Notes: a model not told the origin generated them from the letters alone. A stretch of DNA of 64,000 nucleotides from Synergistaceae bacterium UBA6083 (GCA_002436015.1 DIXJ01000009.1:64121-128120), one strand, 5' to 3'. Shown: positions 1 to 11,027, counted from the stretch's first letter. Made by a program: numbers and translations.

Positions 1-50
1 TGGAATGGTTTGTTCCGTTCGGGATTGGGCTTCTGATCGGTGGAGCAACC

Positions 51-1106
51 GTGACGGTCTGGATGGAGCGTGTCGGGCGGAAACGGCGCGGCCTCAGGGA
101 AATCATGTCGAGCGCCATAGGCTTTCGACTGGCTACTGGACCCCGTGTTGTTGCCCTGGGTGGAGGAACCGGCCTATCGACGCTTCTGAGGGGCCTGAAA
201 GGCTACACGCGAAACATCACAGCGATCGTTACCGTCACCGACGAAGGCGGAAGTTCGGGGCGCCTCAGGACGGAATGGGGAGTCCTGCCTCCCGGCGACG
301 TCCGCAACTGCATCATCGCCCTTGCCGAGAACGACAGTGCCCTGAACCGCATCCTGAACTTCCGCTTTGACAAGGGGGAACTTGCTGGACATTGTCTTGG
401 GAACCTCGTGTTATTGGCCGTTACAGAACTCGCGGGAGATTTCCGTTTAGCCGTGGAGGAGATGAACAAGCTCCTTGCGATTCGGGGACGGGTCCTGCCG
501 GTGACCACCGAGGCCGTGACGATTGCGGGTATCGATTCCAAGGGCAACCGGTACAGGGGTGAACTTGAGGTCGCCCTCCACGGGCGCGAACTGAAGGAAG
601 TCCACCTGGAACCCCCGGATGCGAAACCTCTCAATGAAGTGGTGGAAGCCATCAGGGACGCAGAGGCGATTATCCTGGGCCCAGGCAGTCTTTTCACGAG
701 CATCCTGCCGAATATCCTTGTTCCCGGGGTAGCCGAGGCGATTCGCCAGGCGGACGTTCCCAGGATTTATGTGGCAAACGTAATGACCCAACCCGGCGAA
801 ACAGACGGATTCACAGTTTATGACCATGTCCGGTGGATTAAGGATGTCCTTGGACAATATCCCGACATCGTCCTGGTCAACGAGACCGAAGTCCCGGGAG
901 AAATCCTTGGGAGGTACCGGGAAACGGGTTCGGAGCCGGTCCTTATAAACGAGAGAGAAGAAGTCCGCCTGACCAGGGCCCGTGTCCAGGTCATACGGGG
1001 CGATTTCCTTGAAATCACACCGGGGGGACTCGTACGGCACCAAACGCAGCGGGTTTCCGAGGCGATTATGAAGGTTGCCCGCGAGACGAAAGAAATCAGC
1101 CGATGA
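51..1106 (+). CDS. yvcK: YvcK/CofD-family gluconeogenesis factor (UPF0052)
   Basis: 351-aa ORF with VVALGGGTGLSTLLRGLK, ITAIVTVTDEGGSSGRLR and ILGPGSLFTSILPNILV blocks typical of YvcK/CofD. GGTGGAG SD lies 5 nt before GTG-51; ATG-105 is an alternative start. The frame stays open to the window edge. whiA follows with an ATGA overlap. Confidence 0.85.
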   Translation: MTVWMERVGRKRRGLREIMSSAIGFRLATGPRVVALGGGTGLSTLLRGLKGYTRNITAIVTVTDEGGSSGRLRTEWGVLPPGDVRNCIIALAENDSALNRILNFRFDKGELAGHCLGNLVLLAVTELAGDFRLAVEEMNKLLAIRGRVLPVTTEAVTIAGIDSKGNRYRGELEVALHGRELKEVHLEPPDAKPLNEVVEAIRDAEAIILGPGSLFTSILPNILVPGVAEAIRQADVPRIYVANVMTQPGETDGFTVYDHVRWIKDVLGQYPDIVLVNETEVPGEILGRYRETGSEPVLINEREEVRLTRARVQVIRGDFLEITPGGLVRHQTQRVSEAIMKVARETKEISR

Positions 1107-2026
1107 GATCGATTCCCGAGGCGCTTTGGGACGAATGGCTAACCAGCTCCGTCACCAGTCCGGCGGATGCGGATTCTGAAGCCGCGGCCCTTCTCCTTTC
1201 AATGAAAGAGAGAACGGAGGGCAACGCTCAAGCTCTTTTCTCAAAGCGGTTTTTCGTCTTCAGGCGCCTGCATCGTCTATGGAACGAGGGAAACTGGCGG
1301 GAACTTGGAGACCTTGGCTCACTGCTGAGACTGCCCCCCGACCTCAAGGGGCATCCGGCTCTTTCCGTTTCGCCTGCGTTGATTGAAAGGGCTTTTCTCG
1401 TCAGCCGAGGGGTGCCCGAAAGGAACCCACAAGCCCGTTGGGCGTGGCTAAGGGGGATATGGGGAGTGCTTGGTTCCCTCTACCTTCCCCAGACCGGGTA
1501 CTACCTTGTTATCCGCGTTGAGGAAAAAAAAGTCTTTCTCAGGGAGAAGGCCGTTTCCCTGTTGAAACAGGCGGGGGTTCGATTTGCAGAGAGACTCCGC
1601 TCTCCCCACGTGGATATCCTCATCAGGGACCAGGGCCAAATTGTCTCTTTTCTCACCGGTTTGAACCTTTTTCGGACCGGTCTCCTGCTAGAGGAGAAGT
1701 CCGTGATGCGGTCGATGAGGAACAGGGCAAACAAGCTCGTCAACTGCGACTCAGCAAACATTCGAAAGAGCCTGGATGCAGCGGAAAGGCAGATGGAACT
1801 GGCGGAACGAGTCGTTTTCACAGGCCTTTTGGACCGATTGCCGGTTCCGTTTAGGGAACTCGTGCAGATACGACTGGAAAACCCCAGCATCTCCCTTAGG
1901 GAGCTGGGGCAACTTCTTTCCAGACCGGTAACGAAAAGTACAGTAGAATATAGGTGGAGCCGTTTGGGGAGACTTGTGGAAAACGCCATGAAGGGGGATG
2001 GTTGTCATGTACCTTGGGAAAGTTGA
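1103..2026 (+). CDS. whiA: DNA-binding protein WhiA
   Basis: C-terminal HTH region ENPSISLRELGQLLSRPVTKSTVEYRWSRL and NRANKLVNCDSANIRKS motif. Conserved position directly after yvcK. ATGA overlap at 1103-1106. Confidence 0.8.
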   Translation: MRSIPEALWDEWLTSSVTSPADADSEAAALLLSMKERTEGNAQALFSKRFFVFRRLHRLWNEGNWRELGDLGSLLRLPPDLKGHPALSVSPALIERAFLVSRGVPERNPQARWAWLRGIWGVLGSLYLPQTGYYLVIRVEEKKVFLREKAVSLLKQAGVRFAERLRSPHVDILIRDQGQIVSFLTGLNLFRTGLLLEEKSVMRSMRNRANKLVNCDSANIRKSLDAAERQMELAERVVFTGLLDRLPVPFRELVQIRLENPSISLRELGQLLSRPVTKSTVEYRWSRLGRLVENAMKGDGCHVPWES

Positions 2027-3971
2027 TGTCAACACATACGAGAAAGGGGTCGGGCGCGAATTTCTCGTCTCGAACGGCCGCGGAAGCTACGGCTTCTCGA
2101 CGGTAGCCGGGGCGAATACGAGGAGGGAACATGGGCTTCTCGTTGTCCGGCCCCAGGATTGTGCTCAGCACCGAGTCCTTGTCAGCAAGCTGGAGGAAAC
2201 CCTCTTCACCCGCGGCAAGAAGTACCAGATCTCAACGAACCGTTACAGGGACGTCATCTACCCCGATGGTTTCCGCTACATCCAGGAATTTCACTCCAAC
2301 CCCCTGCCCAGCATCCTGTTTGTCCTGCACAGCCTGCTCATGAGAAAAACGGTGTTCATGCCCGAAGGGAAGGACGCCTGCATCGTCAAGTACGAACTCC
2401 TTGCCAGTCCCGAGAGGGTCCAGCTTGAAACGAGGCCCCTTTTTGCCCACCGTCTCTATACGGATGTGCGCTCCAAGGCGCCCGATGATGCTTTCAAGGC
2501 GGATTCTGCCCAGAACGGGATCCTGGTAAACGGGAGAGGGATGAGCAGTTTCCTGTCATTCCCCAAGGGGGAGTGGCACCCGAAAGCCCTTTGGCACGAG
2601 CATGTTCTTTATGAGAACGACGAGGTTACGGGTCAGTCCACGGAGGACCTTTGGTCGCCGGGCACCCTTTCGATGGAGCTGGAGGAAGGGGAAACCGCCT
2701 ACGTGGTCCTTTCCACGGAACCTTTCCATCCTTCCGTTGAGCAGATCGAGGAATTTGAAAAGGCGGCGATTGCGAGCCAGCAGAGCCGTTTCGGCAAGAT
2801 CGAGCCCGCAGGCCAATCATCGGCTGTCAGGGATTTGACTCGGACGGCCCTTCACCTGTTTGCCTCGGGGAACGACCGTGGATCCGTCCTTTTTTCCGGA
2901 TATCCTTCTCTTTCGGAAAAGGCACGGGACACTTTTATCGCCCTACCGGGACTTACCCTTTCGATGGGGCGATACAGGGACGCCGCCGAGATCCTCGAGC
3001 GCTGGCTCAACATGGCCAAGCTCAACGATGCGGTTATGCCGAGCGAGATCGATCCCTCCACGGGACATGCGCTCCTGAAGGCTGCCGACGCAGGGCTATG
3101 GTTCCTCTATGCCCTCGACAAGCTGACTGAAAAGACCGGTTCCCTGGAATTCGCTGAAAATAACTGGGAAATCCTTGCGGAGTTGATTTCCCGTTATGAG
3201 TCGGGAATAAGAGTCCTTGACCTCCATTGTGAAGACGATCTGCTTGTCCTGGGGACGCCCGATCCAGAGCGCCACTGGATGGAAGGGACCGCAAACGGGG
3301 ATCCCGTCGTGAGCCGGCAAGGGAAACTTGTTGAGTTCAATGCCCTCTGGTATAACGCATTGAGGGCCATGGAGCGATTCGCCGAGGGACTTGGTTTATC
3401 CAACGAATCGGAAAGCTACGCCAGGAAGGCGGATCGCGTGCGGGACGCCTTCGTCAAGACCTTCTGGAACGCCGAAGGGGGCTACCTCTACGACTCCGTG
3501 AACGGTGACAGGAAGGACAGCGTCATCCGCCCCAACCAGATACTTGCGGTTTCCCTGCCCAGTTCACCGCTTCCGCCGGAAATTGGACGATCGGTTGTTG
3601 AAATATGCTGGAACGAACTTGTGACGACCTATGGGTTGAGGACGCTGGACCCTCACCATGACAAGTACAAGGGCCGATTCGAGGGGCGCCAGGACCAGAA
3701 GGCGAAGGCCCGCTACAGGGGAATGGCCTGGCCTTGGCTTTTAGGGCAGTTCGTGACGGCCTACATGCGTTACAATCCCAAGCGTAGCGATATCGCCTGG
3801 TGCTTCATACGGCCTTTTACGGCCCACTTGAGGCAGGGTTGCCTGGGAGGGATCGCCGAAGTGTTCGACGGGAGTATGCCGTACCTTCCGCATGGGGATG
3901 TCCTGAGCGCTGCCAGCATGGGAGAAATCCTGCGCGTAATGGAAGAAGACCTCCTCCTGCAACAAAGGTAA
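1998..3971 (+). CDS. glycogen debranching enzyme family protein (archaeal-type amylo-alpha-1,6-glucosidase)
   Basis: 657-aa ORF. The N-terminus (REFLVSNGRGSYGFSTVAGANTRREHGLLV) is typical of the GDE N-terminal domain. The C-terminal alpha/alpha-barrel region has FNALWYNAL and GLRTLDP blocks. ATG-2007 is an alternative start. Confidence 0.72.
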   Translation: MVVMYLGKVDVNTYEKGVGREFLVSNGRGSYGFSTVAGANTRREHGLLVVRPQDCAQHRVLVSKLEETLFTRGKKYQISTNRYRDVIYPDGFRYIQEFHSNPLPSILFVLHSLLMRKTVFMPEGKDACIVKYELLASPERVQLETRPLFAHRLYTDVRSKAPDDAFKADSAQNGILVNGRGMSSFLSFPKGEWHPKALWHEHVLYENDEVTGQSTEDLWSPGTLSMELEEGETAYVVLSTEPFHPSVEQIEEFEKAAIASQQSRFGKIEPAGQSSAVRDLTRTALHLFASGNDRGSVLFSGYPSLSEKARDTFIALPGLTLSMGRYRDAAEILERWLNMAKLNDAVMPSEIDPSTGHALLKAADAGLWFLYALDKLTEKTGSLEFAENNWEILAELISRYESGIRVLDLHCEDDLLVLGTPDPERHWMEGTANGDPVVSRQGKLVEFNALWYNALRAMERFAEGLGLSNESESYARKADRVRDAFVKTFWNAEGGYLYDSVNGDRKDSVIRPNQILAVSLPSSPLPPEIGRSVVEICWNELVTTYGLRTLDPHHDKYKGRFEGRQDQKAKARYRGMAWPWLLGQFVTAYMRYNPKRSDIAWCFIRPFTAHLRQGCLGGIAEVFDGSMPYLPHGDVLSAASMGEILRVMEEDLLLQQR

Positions 3972-3998
3972 CGGTTTCCCCGGGAGCAGAGGGGTTCC

Positions 3999-4027
3999 TT
4001 GATTTGAAGGGAAGAGTGGATTAAAAT
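3999..4027 (+). promoter_or_regulatory. sigma70-like promoter candidate for gap-pgk-tpiA (TTGATT-17-TAAAAT)
   Basis: -35 TTGATT at 3999-4004, 17-nt spacer, -10 TAAAAT at 4022-4027, in the 152-nt gap upstream of gap. Confidence 0.5.
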
Positions 4028-4042
4028 TTGATAGAAGTCTTT

Positions 4043-4072
4043 AAGAGGGTATAGCTTAGGCTATACCCTCTT
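4043..4072 (+). terminator. perfect 13-bp stem / 4-nt loop hairpin: either the terminator of the debranching-enzyme gene or a gap 5'-leader element
   Basis: AAGAGGGTATAGC-TTAG-GCTATACCCTCTT, followed only by a short T run (TTTCC). It lies downstream of the candidate gap promoter and 50 nt upstream of the gap ATG. Confidence 0.5.
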
Positions 4073-4123
4073 TCCAGTAAAACCATGTCCAATCCGCACA
4101 AACCGAAAGGGGAGGGAATCCAC

Positions 4124-5143
4124 ATGTCAAAAATCAAGCTGGGGATTAGCGGTTTTGGAAGGATCGGGCGCTTGACCCTGAGGTCCCTGTTCCAGCACGC
4201 GCATGCCGGACAGGTCGAAATTGTGGCCATCAACCACAAGCCTGTTCCGATAGAGGACTTGGCTTACCTGTTCAAGTACGACTCGGTCCACCGGGCTTTT
4301 CCCGGAAAAGTGGAAGTCTCGGGGGACACCTTCGTTATTGACGGAACGCCAGTGAAAGTCCTCGCACAGGCGGATCCCGAAAAGCTGGATTGGAAGTCCC
4401 TCGGGGTCGATATCGTCATCGAGGCGACGGGCAAATACCGGGATAAGGCAGGTGCCGGCCTTCACCTCAAGGCCGGGGCAAAGAAAGTCATCATCACTGC
4501 ACCCGGAAAGGATGACGATTGCACGGTCGTTATGGGCGTAAACGAGGGTGATTACGATCCTGAAAATCATCATGTCCTGTCCTGCGCATCCTGCACGACA
4601 AACTGCCTGGCGCCCGTTGCAAAGGTTCTCCAGGAAGAGTTCGGCATCGAGAGAGGGCTCATGACGACAGCACATGCCTACACCAGCGACCAGAGCATCC
4701 TCGACCATACCCACAAGGATCGTCGCCGCGGCCGCTCTGCAGCCTTGTCGATCGTTCCGACGACAACCGGGGCGGCAAAAGCGATCGGGAGGGTCATCCC
4801 GGAACTGAAAGGGAAACTGAACGGGATTGCACTTCGAGTTCCGACCCCGGATGTCTCGATTGTCGACCTGACAGCTGTCCTGGGCCGGGACACCACCCCC
4901 GAAGCCATCAACGAAGCCATGACACGGTGGGCCGAAGGGCCCATGAAAGGGATCCTCTCAATCGTCACGGAGGAACTTGTATCGGCCGATTTCACGGGGA
5001 ACAGCGCATCATCCCTCTTCGATCCGTCCCAGACCATGGTTGTCGGAAACCTGGCGAAAGTCCTCTCCTGGTATGACAACGAGTGGGGGTACAGTTGCCG
5101 GGTTATCGACCTCGCCAATTTCGTAGCTTTAAAGGGGTTGTAG
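4124..5143 (+). CDS. gap: type I glyceraldehyde-3-phosphate dehydrogenase
   Basis: KLGISGFGRIGRL NAD-binding motif and SCASCTTNCLAP catalytic Cys motif. GGGGAGGG SD lies 7 nt before ATG-4124. Confidence 0.95.
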   Translation: MSKIKLGISGFGRIGRLTLRSLFQHAHAGQVEIVAINHKPVPIEDLAYLFKYDSVHRAFPGKVEVSGDTFVIDGTPVKVLAQADPEKLDWKSLGVDIVIEATGKYRDKAGAGLHLKAGAKKVIITAPGKDDDCTVVMGVNEGDYDPENHHVLSCASCTTNCLAPVAKVLQEEFGIERGLMTTAHAYTSDQSILDHTHKDRRRGRSAALSIVPTTTGAAKAIGRVIPELKGKLNGIALRVPTPDVSIVDLTAVLGRDTTPEAINEAMTRWAEGPMKGILSIVTEELVSADFTGNSASSLFDPSQTMVVGNLAKVLSWYDNEWGYSCRVIDLANFVALKGL

Positions 5144-5145
5144 GG

Positions 5146-6336
5146 ATGGAACTGAAAGGCTTGCCCGAAAAGGGCCTAGAGGGCAAACGGGTCCTTGTGC
5201 GAGTTGATTTCAACGTCCCCCTGAGAGATGGTGCCGTCGCTGATGACACGAGAATCTTCGCACATTTAGACACGATAAAATGCCTTCGTGAAACCGGAGC
5301 CCGGATAACCCTGGTTTCCCACCTTGGGCGACCCAAGGGGAAGGTTTCTCCCGAGTTCTCCCTTAGGCCTGTGGCCTATCGCCTGGCTGAACTGACAGGT
5401 TGGGATGTGGGTTTTGTTGAAGAGTGCGCAGGACCTTCCGTTGCCGAGGCCGTGTCAACCGCAAGGCCGGGCTTGATCATGGTCCTGGAGAATATACGGT
5501 TTCACGCAGAGGAAGAAAAAAACGATCCGGTTTTTGCGCAGTTGCTTGCAGAACCCTTCGAAGTGTTCGTCATGGATGCTTTCAGCGCAGCCCACCGTGC
5601 CCATGCCTCCACACAAGCGATAACTGCCTTCCTGCCGTCTTATGCGGGGAACTTGCTTCGTCGCGAGGTCGAAACCCTCGGACGAGTCAGGGACCATCCC
5701 GATCGGCCTTTCACCCTGATACTTGGCGGCGCAAAAGTTTCGGACAAGATTGGCGTGCTTGACAACCTCCTTGACCGGGTTGACTCCATCCTGATCGGAG
5801 GGGGAATGGCCTTCACCTTCCTGAAAGCCCAGGGCCTAAGCGTCGGGCGTTCACTTGTCGAGCAGGAGCGCATCGATTTTGCCGGGGAACTTCTTGCCAA
5901 GGCCTCCTCGAGAAATCTTGAGATCCTGTTGCCTTCAGACTTTGTCGTGGCGGATTCCCCTGAAGCGCTCGGACCGGTGGGAATCGTTGCAGCGGATGCC
6001 TTACCCGATCACTTGATGGGACTCGACATTGGTCCCAGGTCAACGGATGCTTTTTCACGCGTGATCGAAAAATCCGCAACGGTCCTCTGGAATGGACCGA
6101 TGGGAGTATTCGAGAAGCCGCTTTTTGCCGAAGGAACCCGCGCTATAGCCCATTGCCTGGCGGAGGTTACAAAATCCGGCTGCCTGACCGTTGTTGGAGG
6201 TGGAGACACCGCTGCAGCAGTGAACGCGATGGGCTTTGGAAAAGAGGTTTCGCATGTTTCAACGGGAGGAGGGGCGAGCCTCGAATTTTTCGAAGGTCTT
6301 CCCCTTCCGGGAATCCAGCCGTTCATCCTGGAATAG
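5146..6336 (+). CDS. pgk: phosphoglycerate kinase
   Basis: RVDFNVPL, VSHLGRPKG and GGGDTAAA motifs. ATG is 2 nt after the gap stop. Confidence 0.95.
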   Translation: MELKGLPEKGLEGKRVLVRVDFNVPLRDGAVADDTRIFAHLDTIKCLRETGARITLVSHLGRPKGKVSPEFSLRPVAYRLAELTGWDVGFVEECAGPSVAEAVSTARPGLIMVLENIRFHAEEEKNDPVFAQLLAEPFEVFVMDAFSAAHRAHASTQAITAFLPSYAGNLLRREVETLGRVRDHPDRPFTLILGGAKVSDKIGVLDNLLDRVDSILIGGGMAFTFLKAQGLSVGRSLVEQERIDFAGELLAKASSRNLEILLPSDFVVADSPEALGPVGIVAADALPDHLMGLDIGPRSTDAFSRVIEKSATVLWNGPMGVFEKPLFAEGTRAIAHCLAEVTKSGCLTVVGGGDTAAAVNAMGFGKEVSHVSTGGGASLEFFEGLPLPGIQPFILE

Positions 6337-6355
6337 CGGGGGCCATCGGAAGATC

Positions 6356-7147
6356 ATGGGAAAAGCGATTCTAATCGCGGGAAACTGGAAAATGTACCAC
6401 GGGGTCTCTGCTACGGGAAAATTCCTTGCGGAGCTTGAAGGCGGCGTCTCGAGGAACCCTGCGTTGAAATGTGCCCTGGGGGAGGGGAGTGTCGAGCTTG
6501 CCCTTTTCCCCCCCTTTACGAGCCTCTGGAGGGCCTTGGAGGGCAAGTCATTCCTGCCATGGCTCAAAGTTGGAGCCCAGAACGCCCATTGGGCTTCGGA
6601 AGGGGCGTTCACAGGCGAGGTGTCGCCGATGATGCTCAGGGAGTCCGGCTGCGATTATGTCATTATAGGACACAGCGAGCGGAGGCAGTTCTTTGGTGAA
6701 TCCGATGAACAGGTCCATCAGAAGACCTTCTCGGCTGTTTCCTGCGGGCTGAGAGTCATCCTCTGCGTCGGTGAAACCCTCGAGGAGCGCGAGTCGGGAG
6801 AAACGTTTGCCGTCATCGAACGGCAACTCACGAAAGCGCTTGCCGGACTTTCCCCCGATGAAGTTGGAGCTGCGGTTTCAGTCGCGTATGAGCCTGTCTG
6901 GGCGATTGGTACGGGAAAAACTGCCCAGAACCGTGAAGCCCAGGAGGTTTGCCAATCAATCAGGCGCCTCGTAAAGGGAAGCTTCTATGAAGACGCGTCC
7001 GCGTCCCTGAGGGTCCTTTACGGAGGCAGTGTCAAGCCCGAGAACGCCCCGGGTTTATTGAGCGAACCAGACATTGACGGTGCCCTGGTGGGCGGAGCTT
7101 CCCTGAAGGTGGAGTCTTTCCTGCAAATTCTCTCAGCCGCGGTCTAG
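6356..7147 (+). CDS. tpiA: triose-phosphate isomerase
   Basis: IAGNWKM, IIGHSERR, AYEPVWAIGTG and YGGSVK motifs. Confidence 0.95.
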   Translation: MGKAILIAGNWKMYHGVSATGKFLAELEGGVSRNPALKCALGEGSVELALFPPFTSLWRALEGKSFLPWLKVGAQNAHWASEGAFTGEVSPMMLRESGCDYVIIGHSERRQFFGESDEQVHQKTFSAVSCGLRVILCVGETLEERESGETFAVIERQLTKALAGLSPDEVGAAVSVAYEPVWAIGTGKTAQNREAQEVCQSIRRLVKGSFYEDASASLRVLYGGSVKPENAPGLLSEPDIDGALVGGASLKVESFLQILSAAV

Positions 7148-7181
7148 CCGAACGGAAAAGAATAAGACGGGATTGTTAATG

Positions 7182-7218
7182 GAAGGGATCCCCGCCAATG
7201 GCGGGGATCCCTTCTTTG
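7182..7218 (+). terminator. rho-independent terminator of gap-pgk-tpiA
   Basis: 15-bp stem GAAGGGATCCCCGCC / GGCGGGGATCCCTTC with a 3-nt loop, followed by TTTG. It starts 35 nt after the tpiA stop. Confidence 0.7.
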
Positions 7219-7278
7219 TAGCTTGATTCACGAGAATAACGCAACATAAGATACATTATAGGACATTGATAAGCACCC

Positions 7279-7310
7279 AAAAAAGGGGAAAAACCTTCCG
7301 GCTTTTCCCC
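7279..7310 (-). terminator. rho-independent terminator of rsfS transcription unit
   Basis: On the - strand: GGGGAAAAGCCGGAAGGTTTTTCCCC hairpin followed by TTTTTT. It lies 37 nt downstream of the rsfS stop. Confidence 0.65.
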
Positions 7311-7346
7311 CTGTGTTGTCATTATTTATTTTTCCGGCCGGTGGAG

Positions 7347-7706
7347 CTACAGGACGGTGTCCTCTTCTAAGACGAAAGTTTCGGCGTCTCCCCAGATCCG
7401 TTCGATGCCGTAATAATCGCGTCCCTGGCGGCTGAAGATATGGACCACGAGGTTACCTGCATCGATCAGCCTCCAACGGGCACTATTGGGTCCTTCGACC
7501 CGGACTGTCAGGTTGAGCCCTTCGAGGGTTTCCTTTGCAGTTTCCATGAGTGTATTCATGTGGACGTCAGAGTTGGCAGTGGCTAAAACGAATGTATCTG
7601 CAAGCGTGGAAGATTCTCCCAAATTCAACGCCACGATTTTCTCTGCATGCTTGTCAGAAAGGGACTTTAGGACTTCCCGGGTTTCTGTGCTTAAAATAAA
7701 CTTCAA
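7347..7706 (-). CDS. rsfS: ribosome silencing factor RsfS (iojap family)
   Basis: 119 aa with ADTFVLATANSDVHMNTL and LVVHIFSRQGRDYYGIERIWGDA, characteristic of RsfS. Lies downstream of nadD as in many bacteria. Confidence 0.85.
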   Translation of the reverse strand: MKFILSTETREVLKSLSDKHAEKIVALNLGESSTLADTFVLATANSDVHMNTLMETAKETLEGLNLTVRVEGPNSARWRLIDAGNLVVHIFSRQGRDYYGIERIWGDAETFVLEEDTVL

Positions 7707-7735
7707 AAATGCCTCACCTCCTAATAAAATAATGT

Positions 7736-8989
7736 CTAAAGATCTCTCTTGTATTTCTTTAACCTATTCAGGATTATATCATAATCTTTGCCCACGATTA
7801 TGGTGGCGTGGGTCGCCCCGCGGTTGACCCGTACAAGGTTCCCGGGGATCCCGCAAAGTTCTCCGAGGGCCTTGGCATTTGAGAGGGACTGGGTATCGGG
7901 GTTTTCAGGGTAGCCGATATTCGTATAGCGGTAATCGAAATGCTTGGCGTTCCCCACAAAGGCGACATCAATCCCTAGACGCTGCAGGTGCTCGGAAAAT
8001 GCCTGGCTGATACCCTTAACCCCGCATCCGTTTAGGATTGCGATCTGTCCCTTGATCCCGGCAAGCATGGAATCCGCGGTTACGAGGGGCTCCTTTGGGC
8101 TTTCTGCCTTGTCCCCGCTAACGGGTTCCGGAGGTGTCGTGAGGAATTGGGAAGCGAGTGCGGTATCCCCGAGCCAGTAGCTGATGCCGTCGATCATGGC
8201 AGCCTTTCCGGGCATCGTTTCAAAGGAGAAGCGGCTGCCTTCGAGGTCCTTGAGGTAATTGACGAGCTGGATGGCTTGGGTTGCCTGTATCTCGGTCTGG
8301 AAAAAGCGGGTCGCCTGCTCCACTATTTCGGGCAGGGTTGAGATGGTTTCAGGTTGCCGGATCTTGTTAAGGATTTCACGGAGGAAAAGTTGCTGTCTTT
8401 GAATACGGCCGATATCACCAAGTGCATCGTGACGAAAACGGACGAACTCGAGTGCAGTTTTCCCGTCTAGAAGCTGACGACCGGCAGGGATGTCTATGTG
8501 AAGGCCTCCCGCACGATCTGTATAGCGCAGGCGCTTGGGGACATCTATCGTGACACCGCCCAAAAGATCAACAAGCTTCGGGAAGCTCTGGTAATTGACG
8601 ATCACATGGTAATGAAGAGGGATCCCGAGAAAATTGTTGATGGTCGAACCCAGGAGATCGATTCCGCCGTACGCATAGGCATGATTCAGTTTCTGCCAGC
8701 CGTGTCCTTCGATTTGGACCCGGAGGTCACGCGGCAGGGAAAGGACCTTTACGAACCGGTCTTCGATGTTGATGGCGACGACTGCAATGGTGTCGGAACG
8801 ATGGGAACCCTGGACGTCGTCGATTCCAACGGCAAGGATGTTGATGTTGCCCGTCAGTTTGTCATGCTCGAAACTCTTTTCTATCTGCCTGGATCCAGGT
8901 GCGACGATGTTCTGCATGCGAAAGGCTACTCCCAGGCCGGCGGAAATGATGCAAAGCGTGATAAAAATCAACAGGCGGCCCCTTTTCAA
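7736..8989 (-). CDS. LCP (LytR-CpsA-Psr) family cell-envelope polymer transferase with LytR_C domain
   Basis: N-terminal TM segment. HRSDTIAVVAINIEDRFVKVLSLPRDL LCP core. C-terminal IAILNGCGVKGISQAFSEHLQRLG LytR_C-like domain. Confidence 0.8.
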   Translation of the reverse strand: MKRGRLLIFITLCIISAGLGVAFRMQNIVAPGSRQIEKSFEHDKLTGNINILAVGIDDVQGSHRSDTIAVVAINIEDRFVKVLSLPRDLRVQIEGHGWQKLNHAYAYGGIDLLGSTINNFLGIPLHYHVIVNYQSFPKLVDLLGGVTIDVPKRLRYTDRAGGLHIDIPAGRQLLDGKTALEFVRFRHDALGDIGRIQRQQLFLREILNKIRQPETISTLPEIVEQATRFFQTEIQATQAIQLVNYLKDLEGSRFSFETMPGKAAMIDGISYWLGDTALASQFLTTPPEPVSGDKAESPKEPLVTADSMLAGIKGQIAILNGCGVKGISQAFSEHLQRLGIDVAFVGNAKHFDYRYTNIGYPENPDTQSLSNAKALGELCGIPGNLVRVNRGATHATIIVGKDYDIILNRLKKYKRDL

Positions 8990-8996
8990 CGGGTTT

Positions 8997-9587
8997 TCAC
9001 CTTCCGTTCCGGATGTATAGGTTTTTCTTGAAGATATAGTGTTCTACTGTCCAGGGAAGCAGGTACCGAGTGCTTTTTCCGTCAAGGACACGTTCCCTTA
9101 TCTCGGTGCTGGAGATGGCCAGGAGCGGTATTTCGAGCGGGATGATCGACTTCTGTATCGGTTCGGGCAAGTCCCGTATACGGGAGGAATTGAAGCCGGG
9201 CCTGCTCGCGGCCACGATCTGGCATAGCTCAACGATCTCGTACGGTTCTTTCCATGAGAGGATGTCCAGAACACCATCCAGCCCCGTTATGAAGTATAGT
9301 TCGGTGCTTCCCGGGGCGTACCAGTGGCGCATCTCCCGTAGTGTATCCACCGTGTGGCTGTCTCCTCCCCTGTCGATTTCAAGGCGGGAAACCTTGAAGT
9401 GGGGATTGTCCAGGGTAGCTAGAAGCGTCATCGTATAGCGATCTTCTGCCGAGGAAACGAGTTTTGCCCGCTTATGAGGCGGGTTGCCCGTGGGAACGAA
9501 AATCACTTCCGAAAGGCCGAGTGCGAAATAAGCTTCCTCTGCCGAGACGAGGTGCCCGAAGTGGATCGGGTCGAATGTTCCCCCCAT
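8997..9587 (-). CDS. nadD: nicotinate-nucleotide adenylyltransferase
   Basis: MGGTFDPIHFGHL (HxGH) N-terminus and ISSTEIR motif near the C-terminus. Confidence 0.9.
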   Translation of the reverse strand: MGGTFDPIHFGHLVSAEEAYFALGLSEVIFVPTGNPPHKRAKLVSSAEDRYTMTLLATLDNPHFKVSRLEIDRGGDSHTVDTLREMRHWYAPGSTELYFITGLDGVLDILSWKEPYEIVELCQIVAASRPGFNSSRIRDLPEPIQKSIIPLEIPLLAISSTEIRERVLDGKSTRYLLPWTVEHYIFKKNLYIRNGR

Positions 9588-9647
9588 GATGCCGACTCGA
9601 TTGCGCCCGAGAAATGTCTGGCTCAGATGTCCTCTCCCCTTTCGGGA

Positions 9648-10997
<1,350 letters not shown>

Positions 10998-11027
10998 TCA
11001 CACCTCACAAGTGCCACAGGAACCGAC

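Noticed and set aside
1-50. In-frame hydrophobic stretch (WFVPFGIGLLIGGATVTVW followed by RKRR) upstream of yvcK, suggesting a membrane-anchored YvcK that starts outside the window
   Set aside because: This cannot be resolved at the window edge. A GGTGGAG SD precedes GTG-51, and frame 1 has a stop at 34-36 that could end the upstream gene. I kept it only as a caveat on the yvcK start.
5-370. 121-aa ORF on the + strand, in a different frame from yvcK
   Set aside because: It overlaps the yvcK N-terminal motif region. It is Arg/Pro/Cys-rich with no homology pattern, so it is a shadow frame.
7216-7278. AT-rich ~60-nt island between the two convergent terminators, with TTGATT-18-TAAGAT promoter-like hexamers (possible small RNA)
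   Set aside because: The only downstream hairpin lacks a U-tail on the + strand, and it is fully explained as the rsfS terminator on the - strand. AT-richness between convergent terminators is common. There is no supporting structure.
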